A stretch of 64,000 nt of DNA from Bacteroidales bacterium (GTDB lineage Bacteria; Bacteroidota; Bacteroidia; Bacteroidales; VadinHA17). Both the position numbers and the translations under genes were made by a program. The stretch covers positions 81,098 through 145,097 of the forward strand of contig JAVEVC010000002.1 of NCBI GenBank assembly GCA_034005245.1, given 5' to 3'. Below the pieces are notes generated by a model. It was not told the DNA's origin. It did not search any database and was given only the letters and a program-made list of their open reading frames with translations. Of the stretch, positions 49,138-58,551 are shown piece by piece. How positions within the stretch are numbered: the stretch's first letter is position 1; each line of letters opens with the position of its first letter.

Positions 49138-49168
49138 AAAAAAGCCGGTATGATTAGTTCATCCGGCT
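49138..49168 (-). terminator. intrinsic terminator after the DUF2807-like gene
   Basis: The minus strand reads AGCCGG-ATGA-ACTAA-TCAT-(A bulge)-CCGGCT followed by TTTTT ATTATTTTT. It lies 34 nt after the stop at 49202. Confidence 0.6.
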
Positions 49169-49201
49169 CCTTAATGAATGATGAGGAAAATTGATTCGGG
49201 A

Positions 49202-49921
49202 TTATCTTCTGTGTATGCTTCCGGCGCTTGATGAGTGAGCATCAACATACCTTGGGTTACCTCTGTAGCTTATGTCTCCTGCGCTTGATGCCCTTGCCCT
49301 GATTCTTTCCGAAACGTATACCTCTGCATCACCGGCGCTTGAAACTGAAACTTCGGCTTCTTTCACCTTAAGCTCAAAAGCATTGAGATCGCCGGCACTG
49401 CTCAGGCTTGCTTCGAGAAAACCTGCTTCTCCGGTTAATGTCATGTCTCCTGAACTGCTTATATCCAGTTCAATCCTGTCGGCATATACTTCAAGTTTTA
49501 TATCTCCCGCACTGGAGGCAGATAACCTGAGATTTGCAGCTCTGACCGGTGTTTCGCCAATAACATCTCCGGCACTGGTCGTGCTTATAAGACGAATTTC
49601 AGGCATTGTGATGTATACTCTTTTCAGTTCAGCATCACGGATGCTTGTATTGGTGTAAACATGAATGATACCATTTCTTAACTCCGTCATAATATATTCA
49701 TGCAGGTTCTCATCAGCTTCAACAATTACTTTTTCATCATTTCCCTGGCTTAGATAAACATCTATACCGGAACTTACCCTTACTCCATCGAATCCCGTTA
49801 TGTTTCTTTCAGTTTTTACAACTCTCTTGTTTCCGTAAACAGTTCTTCTGAACTGAGCGCCGGCACTTGTGGTAATTCCCATCAGAAGAAGGACAATAGT
49901 CAGATTTTTAATAATTTTCAT
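49202..49921 (-). CDS. DUF2807 / head-GIN-domain (putative beta-helical adhesin-like) protein
   Basis: It has a signal peptide. GNKRVVKTERNITGFDGVRVSSGIDVYLSQGNDEKVIVEADENL is typical of the family. The C-terminal half carries about 7 repeats centred on SSAGD. Confidence 0.75.
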   Translation of the reverse strand: MKIIKNLTIVLLLMGITTSAGAQFRRTVYGNKRVVKTERNITGFDGVRVSSGIDVYLSQGNDEKVIVEADENLHEYIMTELRNGIIHVYTNTSIRDAELKRVYITMPEIRLISTTSAGDVIGETPVRAANLRLSASSAGDIKLEVYADRIELDISSSGDMTLTGEAGFLEASLSSAGDLNAFELKVKEAEVSVSSAGDAEVYVSERIRARASSAGDISYRGNPRYVDAHSSSAGSIHRR

Positions 49922-50228
49922 CGGTTTTTTATTAATTTTAATAATTTATACAAAAGACGGGAAAAGAACTTTTATGATGCATTGCCCCGTAAAATTATAC
50001 TTATTTATCCGGGAGTAAATCCATTAATGGGACAAATCCCGGAAAATAACCTGATTCACTAAACCTCTATGGGCTTTTTTCCGGCAAAAAGATCAAAAAG
50101 TTGATTAATTTAGACCTTTGGAATATTGACAGAGATTTGTGTTTTGATGCTATTTAGAAGCCTGAGGTGATTTCCTTGATAATCATGGATTTAAATATTT
50201 GTTGACAAACAAGGTAAATTGAAAGACG

Positions 50229-51206
50229 ATGAAGCGAATAAAATCCCTGGCGGCGATATTAATACTTGTATCACTTGCTGGCTGCAACAATAAAAAACAG
50301 TCAAGTGAGCCAATACAGTTGCCACAGGATGTAACAAGCAAATTATCAGGTAGTTTCTCCATTGGAGGCGCATATGCTCTTTACCCGCTTATTGAAAGGC
50401 TGGCTGAAGACTTTATGACACTTCATCCGGATGTTAGTATTGAAGTTGTGAAGACCGGAACTGGAGCTGGCGTTGCTGGACTTATCAGTAACCAATATGA
50501 TCTTGCGATGACATCCCGTCAGCTTACCGATGAAGAGGCAAGTGCAGGTATTTTTGTAATCCAGGTGGCAAAAGACGGAGTGGCGCCAATCGTCAATCAG
50601 CAAAATCCTTATCTTGGCGTCCTTCTTGATCAAGGATTAAGCACAGACGAATTTTTAAGGATATTCACTTCCGGCAATGTGTTGACATGGGGTGAAATCC
50701 TCAAAGCTGGTTATAAGGAACAGGTCAATGTATTCACCAGAAGCGATGAATCAGGGGCTGCTGACATCTGGGCGGGATTCATTTACAGGGATAGAACCGC
50801 TTTAAAAGGAACAGGTGTTGAGGGTGATGATGAGATGATAAGAAGGATTCAGGGTGACAGATTTGCCATAGGATATTGCAATCTTTCATATGCCTTTGAT
50901 TCCCTGGGTAAAAGAATAAGCGGCATTCAGATTGTGCCTGTTGACCTGGATTTTGACAATAAGGTTGGCAGATCAGAAAATCCGTTCAAGGACCTTGAGA
51001 CCGCCCATCGCAGTTTATGGCTTGGGTACTATCCCAAAAGCCTTTGTCGTGAACTTGCTGTTTGTTCTCTTGGCAAACCTGCTGATCTGCTGATTATAGA
51101 GTTCCTTCGCTATGTTCTGGGGGAAGGACAAAGAAGCATTAAGAAAGCCGGATTTTGTGAACTGAACAATGTTTACATCCGGCATTCTCTCCAAAATCTT
51201 GAATAG
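50229..51206 (+). CDS. PstS-like (PBP type 2) substrate-binding lipoprotein, orphan
   Basis: It has a lipobox (LVSLAGC) and a PBP-like_2 pattern: GGAYALYPLIERLAEDF...VVKTGTGAGVAGL...DLAMTSRQLTDEE. There is no pstCAB nearby. Confidence 0.7.
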   Translation: MKRIKSLAAILILVSLAGCNNKKQSSEPIQLPQDVTSKLSGSFSIGGAYALYPLIERLAEDFMTLHPDVSIEVVKTGTGAGVAGLISNQYDLAMTSRQLTDEEASAGIFVIQVAKDGVAPIVNQQNPYLGVLLDQGLSTDEFLRIFTSGNVLTWGEILKAGYKEQVNVFTRSDESGAADIWAGFIYRDRTALKGTGVEGDDEMIRRIQGDRFAIGYCNLSYAFDSLGKRISGIQIVPVDLDFDNKVGRSENPFKDLETAHRSLWLGYYPKSLCRELAVCSLGKPADLLIIEFLRYVLGEGQRSIKKAGFCELNNVYIRHSLQNLE

Positions 51207-51230
51207 GTTGCCCGGAAGCTTTTTATCAGG

Positions 51231-52856
51231 CTACCTGAATAATGCCGGATCCATTGTCCTTTCGTTGTTTCTGAAAGCAACAACAAAAGCGTCAGGAAAA
51301 CCTTCTTTTCTTATGATCCTCTGAAGAGTACGGGCTTCATCCAGGTTAAGGAATTCACCGGCGCAGGAGCGGTATGCTCCGGCGTGCAGGTATTCGTAGG
51401 TTGGATAAATCTTTCCGCCTATTGTAATCTGGCCGCTACCAATTGACCTGTCGTTGGTTTTGTATTGGACACGGTAGACTACAGCATCCTTTTTCGCGGC
51501 AGGCTCAGTTACCGGAGCAACAATTTGCGGAATCGCTGTTTTTTTGTCGGCAGGGTTCTCCGTTTTCACGGGCTCAGTTGGTGGTGCAGCAGCTTTCTGA
51601 GTCTCAGCGTTGGATTCAGCAGGTTTTTCTGTTCTCAAAGGTTCAGTTACAGGAGTTTGAGAGATTTCAATTTTTGGCTCAGCTTGTTTTTTAGTTTTTG
51701 CTGGTTCAGCAGAAGACTTTTTTTCTGGTTCGGGTAATGGTGAAGGCTTAGCAGTAACTGATGGCACATCTTTTTTAATTGTCAGGGCTGGGTCAGTAGC
51801 TGCAGTCATAATACCTGGTGCTTCCCTGCCTGCGATCTCTCCATAGGCATTATAAAGCATTGTTTCAGATAGATTTGTCAGATAACTGGTATCATTGTAC
51901 CCTGTGAAACTGATCATATACAACTGTTCCTTCTCCCTGGCAGAATTATCTCGCGATGTAAAAAAAGCATTCCTGCCGTTTTCCGGGTTGATTGAGAAAG
52001 CTATCTCGTCATTTGGTGTGTTAATATAATCGCCGGTATTAACGGGCTTATCCCAGGCGGTTCCGTTGTATCTGCATACGTATATGTCATAACCCCCTTC
52101 TCCTTCAGTCCTGTCCGAAGAGAAAAAGAGATTGTTCCCGGCATCAAGAAATGGATAATGCTCGTTACCGGCCGTATTGATTCTATCCCCAAGATGTTCG
52201 GGATCAGACCAGCTGCTGCCTTCTCTCCTGCTTACAAACAGGTCGAGTCCCCCGATCGAACCGGAGGTTTCTGAAGCATATACTATCATTTGTCCGTCAG
52301 CTGATAGTGCCGGATGTGTAAATACCGATTTGTTATTGCAAAATGGCAGGGGCCTGAAATCAGAGACCCATTTACTTTCTCCATACAGTGTTGTCTCATG
52401 CTTTGCTTCGTAGATCTGTTCAGGAATCTTTTTTTTGATTTTTGCTGTAAAATACATGACCGTGTAGTCAGCGTTAAAAGTAACAGCCTCGCATGGGTAG
52501 TTGAATATTTCCCCTGTCGAAAACAAAGTCTTGTTTATCAGGGTTGTATCGGAAAGGTAAGAGTAACAGGCTTCACTTGAACCGAATGAAACATGATCTG
52601 ACGGGATCCTGCCTTCCTTCCCTGCCTCTGACATATATAAAATACCTTTTTTATAAAACCTTACCCCAGATGCAGGCGGGACTATTTTCAACCCGAACGG
52701 GCGAATATCCATTGCAGGATACTTTGAGATGCTATCTGAATCCGGATGGTAAGTTGTATCAAAATATCCGGAAGACGGTGTTTCATTCAGCAGGGTATTT
52801 CCCGATACCAGGCTGAATGAAATCCCGAGGAACAATAATTCAAATAATATTCTCAT
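51231..52856 (-). CDS. secreted PD40 (TolB-like beta-propeller repeat) protein with Pro/Glu/Lys/Thr-rich linker and C-terminal SPOR domain
   Basis: It has a signal peptide and PD40-like repeats (HPALSADGQMIVYAS..., EHYPFLDAGNNLFFSSDR...GGYDIYV). A ~110-aa low-complexity linker carries PVTEP-type repeats. The C-terminus VVYRVQY...LDEARTLQRIIRKEGFPDAFVVAF is SPOR-like. Confidence 0.7.
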   Translation of the reverse strand: MRILFELLFLGISFSLVSGNTLLNETPSSGYFDTTYHPDSDSISKYPAMDIRPFGLKIVPPASGVRFYKKGILYMSEAGKEGRIPSDHVSFGSSEACYSYLSDTTLINKTLFSTGEIFNYPCEAVTFNADYTVMYFTAKIKKKIPEQIYEAKHETTLYGESKWVSDFRPLPFCNNKSVFTHPALSADGQMIVYASETSGSIGGLDLFVSRREGSSWSDPEHLGDRINTAGNEHYPFLDAGNNLFFSSDRTEGEGGYDIYVCRYNGTAWDKPVNTGDYINTPNDEIAFSINPENGRNAFFTSRDNSAREKEQLYMISFTGYNDTSYLTNLSETMLYNAYGEIAGREAPGIMTAATDPALTIKKDVPSVTAKPSPLPEPEKKSSAEPAKTKKQAEPKIEISQTPVTEPLRTEKPAESNAETQKAAAPPTEPVKTENPADKKTAIPQIVAPVTEPAAKKDAVVYRVQYKTNDRSIGSGQITIGGKIYPTYEYLHAGAYRSCAGEFLNLDEARTLQRIIRKEGFPDAFVVAFRNNERTMDPALFR

Positions 52857-52876
52857 ATTTTTTTAAGTAATACATT

Positions 52877-53842
52877 TTACCAGTGACCGGTTTTTGTATT
52901 TCTTGACCTGTTCTTTGAAAAATTCAAGCCCAGAGCAATTTCGGCTGTAAGTGATTTCTTGAAAAACGGAGAATCCTTAGGCAGCGCAAAATAAGTTCCC
53001 ACGTAAAATCTGGGATACCTGTACTGAAAGAAGAAAGATATCTTGCTGTAGTCGTTGAAGTAGGTCCCAAGACAGAAATTTCCGGCATACAGCCTGAGGG
53101 CAGGTTGAATATTCTCTTTCAGATCAAATGACAGAGAATCGTCGGTAACGACAATTATGGAAGGCTCCAGTACCAGGTTCAGTGAGCGGCTGATCACTAT
53201 CTTGTAACCCGCGATAAGGTTATAATGTCTCGATGACGGAACAATGTATGTATTAACTGAGTCTGCATCTTCAGGAGGCTCAAGTATATCAGTAGCTGAC
53301 AGACCGGCGTAGATATCGGGACTATAGTAGTAAACTCCGATATCAAAATTTGGATACGTAAATTCCTTGAACGGAATGTTAAGATCGGCATTTCCCTGAT
53401 AGAAGTGATAGATGCCTTTTGCAGCAACTCCTGCAGATATAAATGAAAGGTTTTCGCGGTTCAGGGGAAAATGATATGAGAGAGTAACTCCGGCCCCTGA
53501 TGTTATAGTATCTGGTCGTACATCATTAAATGCCATGGCTCCTATCCCTACGTTTGAATAACTGTAAACGGCCGGAGAGGAATAATATCCCGGGATTTTC
53601 CTTGTGATCCTTGTATTGCCGCTCAGGATCTGGGAATATGATTTGCCCTGGAATCCTGCCAGCAGGTCAACAGATAGATAATCCTTGCTTCCGGCAATAG
53701 CCGGGTTAATAATGAAAGGAGTATAAATCCTCAGGGAAGTTGGATTTACTGGAAGCTGCTGTCCGGATGAATCATTGCATATCAAGATTGCAGCAATAAT
53801 CAATATTGTCTTGGTAATTACCGGCACGCCATTCCTGACCAT
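52877..53842 (-). CDS. PorP/SprF-family type IX secretion system membrane protein
   Basis: It has a signal peptide followed by QQLPVNPTSLRIYTPFIINPAIAGS (the family hallmark N..INPA.AG) and a beta-barrel-like alternation. The protein is 321 aa. Confidence 0.75.
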   Translation of the reverse strand: MVRNGVPVITKTILIIAAILICNDSSGQQLPVNPTSLRIYTPFIINPAIAGSKDYLSVDLLAGFQGKSYSQILSGNTRITRKIPGYYSSPAVYSYSNVGIGAMAFNDVRPDTITSGAGVTLSYHFPLNRENLSFISAGVAAKGIYHFYQGNADLNIPFKEFTYPNFDIGVYYYSPDIYAGLSATDILEPPEDADSVNTYIVPSSRHYNLIAGYKIVISRSLNLVLEPSIIVVTDDSLSFDLKENIQPALRLYAGNFCLGTYFNDYSKISFFFQYRYPRFYVGTYFALPKDSPFFKKSLTAEIALGLNFSKNRSRNTKTGHW

Positions 53843-53932
53843 ATTCTTAATTAAGGATTCTAAATGTTAATTCCACAAATTCTTACTCAATATACTAATT
53901 ATGCAGTAATAAAGATAGAGATTCAGCTATTT

Positions 53933-55663
53933 TTAACAGATATTCTTCAACCATTCCTCGACTGACTGTGGGCTTAAGCCTGCCAATCCAAGCTTGTTTT
54001 TTTTATTAAAACCGTTCAGGTCATTTGCCAGCTTCCCGGCTTTTTCCACCTCCTTCAATCTGTTAACGCTTGTGAAGCCAATGCTTTTCAAAGGTCCTAT
54101 CCACTCTTCAGGTATACCAAGCTTAAGATATTCCTCCTTTTTGCTTTCTGATTTCTGACTTCCCGAAAGGGGTTTCATCTGGGGGAAGAAAAGAACATCC
54201 TGGATTGAAGGCTGGTCTGTTAACAGCATGGCAAGCCTGTCGATGCCGACACCCATACCCGAAGTTGGAGGCATACCGTATTCCAATGCCCTGACAAAGT
54301 CCTGATCGATAAACATGGCTTCGTCGTCACCTTTTTCAGAAAGCCGGAGTTGTTCCTTAAACCTTTCCATCTGGTCAACGGGATCATTAAGTTCAGAATA
54401 GGCATTGGCAATCTCCCTCCCGTTTATCATAAGTTCAAACCTTTCTGTTAATCCCGGCTTGTTCCTGTGCATTTTTGTCAGGGGAGAAGTCTCAACCGGG
54501 TAATCAATGATGAAAGTAGGTTGTATGTAATTGTGCTCGCATTTTTCACTGAATACCGCATCTATCAGCTTGCCTTTTCCCATTTCCGGTGAATGAGCTA
54601 TTCCCAGGGAATCGCATACTTCCCTAAGGGTGGTCTCATCCATTCCTGAAATATCAATTCCTGTATTTTCACGAATTGCTTCCAGCATGCTGACTCGCCT
54701 GTATGGAGGATTGAGGTCAATAATACTTTCATTATAAATGATCTCAGTTTTCCCATGAAGATCTGTTACCACTTTCTTTAAGATCTCTTCTGTGAAGTTC
54801 ATCATCCAGTTGTAGTCTTTATAGGCAACATAGATCTCCAGTACGGTGAATTCAGGATTATGAAAGCGGTCCATCCCTTCGTTGCGAAAATCCTTGGCAA
54901 ATTCATAAACTCCTTCAAAGCCTCCTACAATAAGCCTTTTGAGATAAAGTTCGTTGGCAACGCGCAGGTACAGCGGTATGTCAAGTGTGTTATGATGCGT
55001 GATGAAAGGACGTGCAGCTGCTCCTCCGGGGATTGGCTGAAGTATAGGCGTTTCCACCTCAAGATATCCCTTCGCGTTGAATAATTCACGCATCGAGTTT
55101 ATAATCTGGGTCCTTTTACGGAAGACCTCCCGTACATGGGGGTTGACAATAAGATCGACATAGCGTTGCCGGTAGCGCATCTCGGGATCAGTAACCGCAT
55201 CATACATTATCCCGTCCTTTTCCTTAACTACAGGCAATGGTCTGATGGATTTGCAAAGCAGTGTGAGTTCCTTCACATGAACGGTTGTTTCTCCCATCTG
55301 TGTCTTAAAGACATGTCCTTTAACGCCTATGATGTCTCCAATGTCGAGCAGGCGTTTAAATACGATATTATAAAGTGATTTGTCTTCATCCGGACATATA
55401 TCATCGCGTCTGACGTAGATCTGTATTCTGCCCGATGAATCCATTATTTCTGCGAAGGATGCATTTCCCATTATCCTCCGGCTCATTATCCGGCCAGCTA
55501 TGATAACTTCCTGGAAGTTGTTCTTTTCAGCTGAGAAATTATCAAGGATCTCCTGCGCAAAAGCATTTGTCTTGTACTCGGATGCAGGGTAGGGATCAAT
55601 ACCATATTTTCTCAGCTCATCAAGGGCCTGCCTCCTTATCTGCTCCTGTTCACTTAAAATCAT
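53933..55663 (-). CDS. lysS: lysine--tRNA ligase (class II, long Bacteroidetes form)
   Basis: EQIRRQALDELRKYGIDPYP, an OB fold, and class II motifs (FRNEGMDRFHNPEFT, GGMGVGIDRL), plus a ~80-aa C-terminal extension. The ATG at 55663 is preferred over the TTG at 55690 because a -7 box lies at 55688-55695. Confidence 0.95.
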   Translation of the reverse strand: MILSEQEQIRRQALDELRKYGIDPYPASEYKTNAFAQEILDNFSAEKNNFQEVIIAGRIMSRRIMGNASFAEIMDSSGRIQIYVRRDDICPDEDKSLYNIVFKRLLDIGDIIGVKGHVFKTQMGETTVHVKELTLLCKSIRPLPVVKEKDGIMYDAVTDPEMRYRQRYVDLIVNPHVREVFRKRTQIINSMRELFNAKGYLEVETPILQPIPGGAAARPFITHHNTLDIPLYLRVANELYLKRLIVGGFEGVYEFAKDFRNEGMDRFHNPEFTVLEIYVAYKDYNWMMNFTEEILKKVVTDLHGKTEIIYNESIIDLNPPYRRVSMLEAIRENTGIDISGMDETTLREVCDSLGIAHSPEMGKGKLIDAVFSEKCEHNYIQPTFIIDYPVETSPLTKMHRNKPGLTERFELMINGREIANAYSELNDPVDQMERFKEQLRLSEKGDDEAMFIDQDFVRALEYGMPPTSGMGVGIDRLAMLLTDQPSIQDVLFFPQMKPLSGSQKSESKKEEYLKLGIPEEWIGPLKSIGFTSVNRLKEVEKAGKLANDLNGFNKKNKLGLAGLSPQSVEEWLKNIC

Positions 55664-55687
55664 AGAAATGGCTCTTATAAAACTGTG

Positions 55688-55695
55688 CAAATATA
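55688..55695 (-). promoter_or_regulatory. candidate -7 promoter box (TATATTTG on the minus strand) for lysS
   Basis: Plus-strand CAAATATA is the reverse complement of TAnnTTTG, 25 nt upstream of the ATG at 55663. Confidence 0.4.
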
Positions 55696-55709
55696 GGAAA
55701 ATTACGGTA

Positions 55710-56585
55710 TCAGATATTTTTACCCTTGTTTCCTCTCATCATGCAGATCTCTGCCCTGAATTTCTCTCTTAAGATTCTCGTCAGGGGACCGGGCTTCCCG
55801 TCACCGATCAGGCTTTTGCCAAGCCTGACCACAGGAGTGATTTCCCATGATGTATTTGTAATAAAGATTTCCGTAATCTCTTTTGTGCGACTTTCGTGCA
55901 TCGGTTCTTCAATGACTTTTATGCCTGTATTTTGCGCGATCCGGATCACGTTCTTTCTGGTTATTCCTGAGAGAATGTAATCAGATTCCGGATGAGTATA
56001 AATAGTATCGGCTGCAACGAAAAATATGTTTGAATGTGAACATTCCGTAAAAAACCCGTCTCTTATAAAAACAAACTCTGAAAAACCAACTTCCAGAGCT
56101 GATTGGTAGCTCAATACATTTGGGAGCAGGGCAACTGATTTTATATCGCATTTTTTCCATCGTATGTCTTCCCCGGACAGTACTCCGATCCCGCTTTCTT
56201 TTTCAGATGTTTCAGGTGTGAATGATTTCACAGATGCAAAAACTGTTGGTGCTGTTGCCGTGGAAGGAAAAGAGTGGCTGCGTGGTGCAATCCCCCTTGT
56301 GACCTGAAGATATAACAGAGCATCGCTTCCGGTCAGGTTGTTATTTTCTATCAGTTTTTGCGCTACTGCCGGAAAAGAATCTGCTTCTTTCCAAGCAATC
56401 TGGATTTTTCCGAGTCCTCTTTTTAGCCTTTCCATGTGACTCTCAAAGTCATAAAAAAACCCAGGATACCATCTTACTACTTCGTATATTCCGTCAGCGA
56501 AAAGAAAACCCCGGTCATCAGGACTGATATGTATCTCTTCCATGGGCAGAAAGTTGCCGTTCAGGTACGCAGTGTTATTGTTCAT
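55710..56585 (-). CDS. class IV aminotransferase (D-amino-acid / branched-chain / ADC-lyase family)
   Basis: YLNGNFLPMEEIHISPDDRGFLFADGIYEVV...HMERLKRG is the typical fold-type IV N-terminus. The protein is 291 aa. Confidence 0.8.
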   Translation of the reverse strand: MNNNTAYLNGNFLPMEEIHISPDDRGFLFADGIYEVVRWYPGFFYDFESHMERLKRGLGKIQIAWKEADSFPAVAQKLIENNNLTGSDALLYLQVTRGIAPRSHSFPSTATAPTVFASVKSFTPETSEKESGIGVLSGEDIRWKKCDIKSVALLPNVLSYQSALEVGFSEFVFIRDGFFTECSHSNIFFVAADTIYTHPESDYILSGITRKNVIRIAQNTGIKVIEEPMHESRTKEITEIFITNTSWEITPVVRLGKSLIGDGKPGPLTRILREKFRAEICMMRGNKGKNI

Positions 56586-56646
56586 TATATTTCTGAAGTT
56601 TACTTATTAGGATGCAAGTTGTTCATACATTTTTATTTTACTGGCA

Positions 56647-58062
56647 CTAAATTTCAGGATAAAAAACCTCGGTCCGATAATCAATTGCCCTGCGTGCTTC
56701 CTCAGGTGAGGAAAAGTTGCCACAGGCTGTCTGGACAAACAAAGAAGCTCCAAGGACTGTAGTTTCTTTCCGGTCGGTTATTTTCACCGGTACTCCGGCA
56801 TAATTTGCTCTTAACTGGTTCCACAGGCTGTTTTTCGATCCTCCCCCTACGCAAAGTATATTCTCAGCGGCAAATCCTCCGGCATCCTCAAGGGCTTTCT
56901 TCCCATCGGCAAGTTTCATGCAGAGTGCTTCCAGTATTGCTCTGTAAATCTCATCGCGTGTAGACTCCATTGTCAGGCCGGTTATGCTGCCTTCAGGCTT
57001 GCCTTTAAGTTCTTCGTAGAAGGAAGTATTTACCTTTACACCATTGCAACCGTGAGGCACTTTTTCAGCCCCTGCTATCATATATTCGTATACATTTTCA
57101 CCAATGTCATTATAGAGTGTCCTCCTGGCCCATTCAAGTACTCCTGATGCTATCCACTGGTTGCCAATATTATATAATCCGGGTCTTGAATCGAGTTCGG
57201 TAGTGATGCCTTTTTCCAGCTCTTCCTTCCCTGTTTTGAAACCTAAAGAGCGAACCATAAGTATTTCCCATGTACCGGAACTTAATACCGGTTGGTTTTT
57301 TTCAGCTCCAGATCCGAAAATTGCAAACTGAGTGTCGTGACCCGTTGCCACTACCGGAATGCCCTGGGGTATTGATGTTACAACTGATGCAGATGGCGTA
57401 ACCGCGCCAGTAATAGTTCCCGGTTCAACAACTTTTCCTGTCTTTTCAATCGGGAATCCTATTCTATCGAAAAGATTCTCCGAGAACTTGCCTGAAGGTA
57501 GGGAGGTCATCATTGAGGTGCCTGCCATTGTAGTGTCGTTAACCATTTCTCCTGTAAGGAACAGGTTAAACACAGAGGGCATGAAAAGGAAGCAATGACT
57601 CTTTTCTACGAGGTCAGGTCTGTTCTCCATAAACCAGATGAGCTTGTTTATGGTGTTGAAATTAAAAGGCAATACTCCGCTTTCCCGGTATAGATCATTA
57701 AGGGGGATGTATTTATCAATGGTTGCCATTACGGGCACAGTTCTTTCGCACTGCCATGAAATGACAGGATAGAGCATATGGCCTGACTTATCAAAAAGTG
57801 TCCCGTCAACACCGAAAGTTGTAACCGTGACTCCAGCAATCTCCTCTTTATGGATACTGCTTACAACCTTCTGAGAACCTATGCACATTTTTTCCCAGAT
57901 TTCGTTTGTATCCCATATTCTGTATGAAGGAAATACCGGATCAGGACGGGCGAAATTAGGAAAGGATTCTGATGCCAGGATTTCACCCTTGCTGTTGATG
58001 GCAATAACCCTTACATTGGTCGCTCCGCAGTCAAAAACTATGACAATATCTCCTCTGGGCAT
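56647..58062 (-). CDS. fucK: L-fuculokinase (FGGY family)
   Basis: It is collinear with E. coli FucK as I recall it: IVFDCGATNVRVIAIN, TTFGVDGTLFDK, PVISWQCERT, ATGHDTQFAIFGSGAEKNQPVLSSGTWEILMVRS and VGGGSKNSLWNQLRAN. Confidence 0.85.
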   Translation of the reverse strand: MPRGDIVIVFDCGATNVRVIAINSKGEILASESFPNFARPDPVFPSYRIWDTNEIWEKMCIGSQKVVSSIHKEEIAGVTVTTFGVDGTLFDKSGHMLYPVISWQCERTVPVMATIDKYIPLNDLYRESGVLPFNFNTINKLIWFMENRPDLVEKSHCFLFMPSVFNLFLTGEMVNDTTMAGTSMMTSLPSGKFSENLFDRIGFPIEKTGKVVEPGTITGAVTPSASVVTSIPQGIPVVATGHDTQFAIFGSGAEKNQPVLSSGTWEILMVRSLGFKTGKEELEKGITTELDSRPGLYNIGNQWIASGVLEWARRTLYNDIGENVYEYMIAGAEKVPHGCNGVKVNTSFYEELKGKPEGSITGLTMESTRDEIYRAILEALCMKLADGKKALEDAGGFAAENILCVGGGSKNSLWNQLRANYAGVPVKITDRKETTVLGASLFVQTACGNFSSPEEARRAIDYRTEVFYPEI

Positions 58063-58094
58063 TGTTACAGGGTTTTATGTAAAGAATAATATAG

Positions 58095-58541
58095 TCACAC
58101 TCCTTTGGGAAGCGACAGTGATGCTCCCGATAAAATCAGTATCAGCATGTACACCAGAATAGCAGCGATGACTAAGATTCCCGTACAAGTGAAAAATTTC
58201 CTGAGATATCTGAAAGTCTTTTCAAGTTTCTTCCTGTCATGGTTCTGTATGGCGTCTCTAGCAGACTTGGAAAACCGGAACAGGTAGAGTACAAGTAGGA
58301 AATAAATAAACAAAAAGATGAAAAATATTACAGCGATAAGGTTTTCCGGGATGCCCAGGGTAACATCCTCAGATTTAAATGCCGACAGAAACGCTCCTGT
58401 TATTATTCCCAGGAATATCATAAGGCCAAAAATAATAAATCCCACTACTGCCAGGAACATAGCCCATTTGCGTGCTATATTCAGGTTCTTTTCTGTTATG
58501 GGAGTAACCTCAGTGATATTGTTTTCAGGAGGTTGGTTCAT
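58095..58541 (-). CDS. small membrane protein (3-4 TM helices), function unknown
   Basis: It lies between fucI and fucK on the same strand. The ATG at 58541 (MNQPPENN...) begins 11 nt after the fucI stop. The longer track ORF (58586) would overlap fucI by 35 nt. It has three long hydrophobic segments. Confidence 0.6.
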   Translation of the reverse strand: MNQPPENNITEVTPITEKNLNIARKWAMFLAVVGFIIFGLMIFLGIITGAFLSAFKSEDVTLGIPENLIAVIFFIFLFIYFLLVLYLFRFSKSARDAIQNHDRKKLEKTFRYLRKFFTCTGILVIAAILVYMLILILSGASLSLPKGV

Positions 58542-58551
58542 AAGGTCCGTC

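Noticed and set aside
49272-49658. A 128-aa ORF with SPAL repeats antisense to the DUF2807-like gene. Similar antisense ORFs are 7441-7743 and 7578-7841 (opposite rplU), 51443-51737 (opposite the PD40-SPOR linker), 38707-39060 (opposite mreB), 10080-10637 (opposite GH97), 18537-19013 (opposite recQ) and 33520-33951 (opposite the ABC gene).
   Set aside because: These are shadow ORFs. Each lies wholly inside a confidently identified gene on the other strand and mirrors its repeats or low complexity. None has a recognisable motif or start context.
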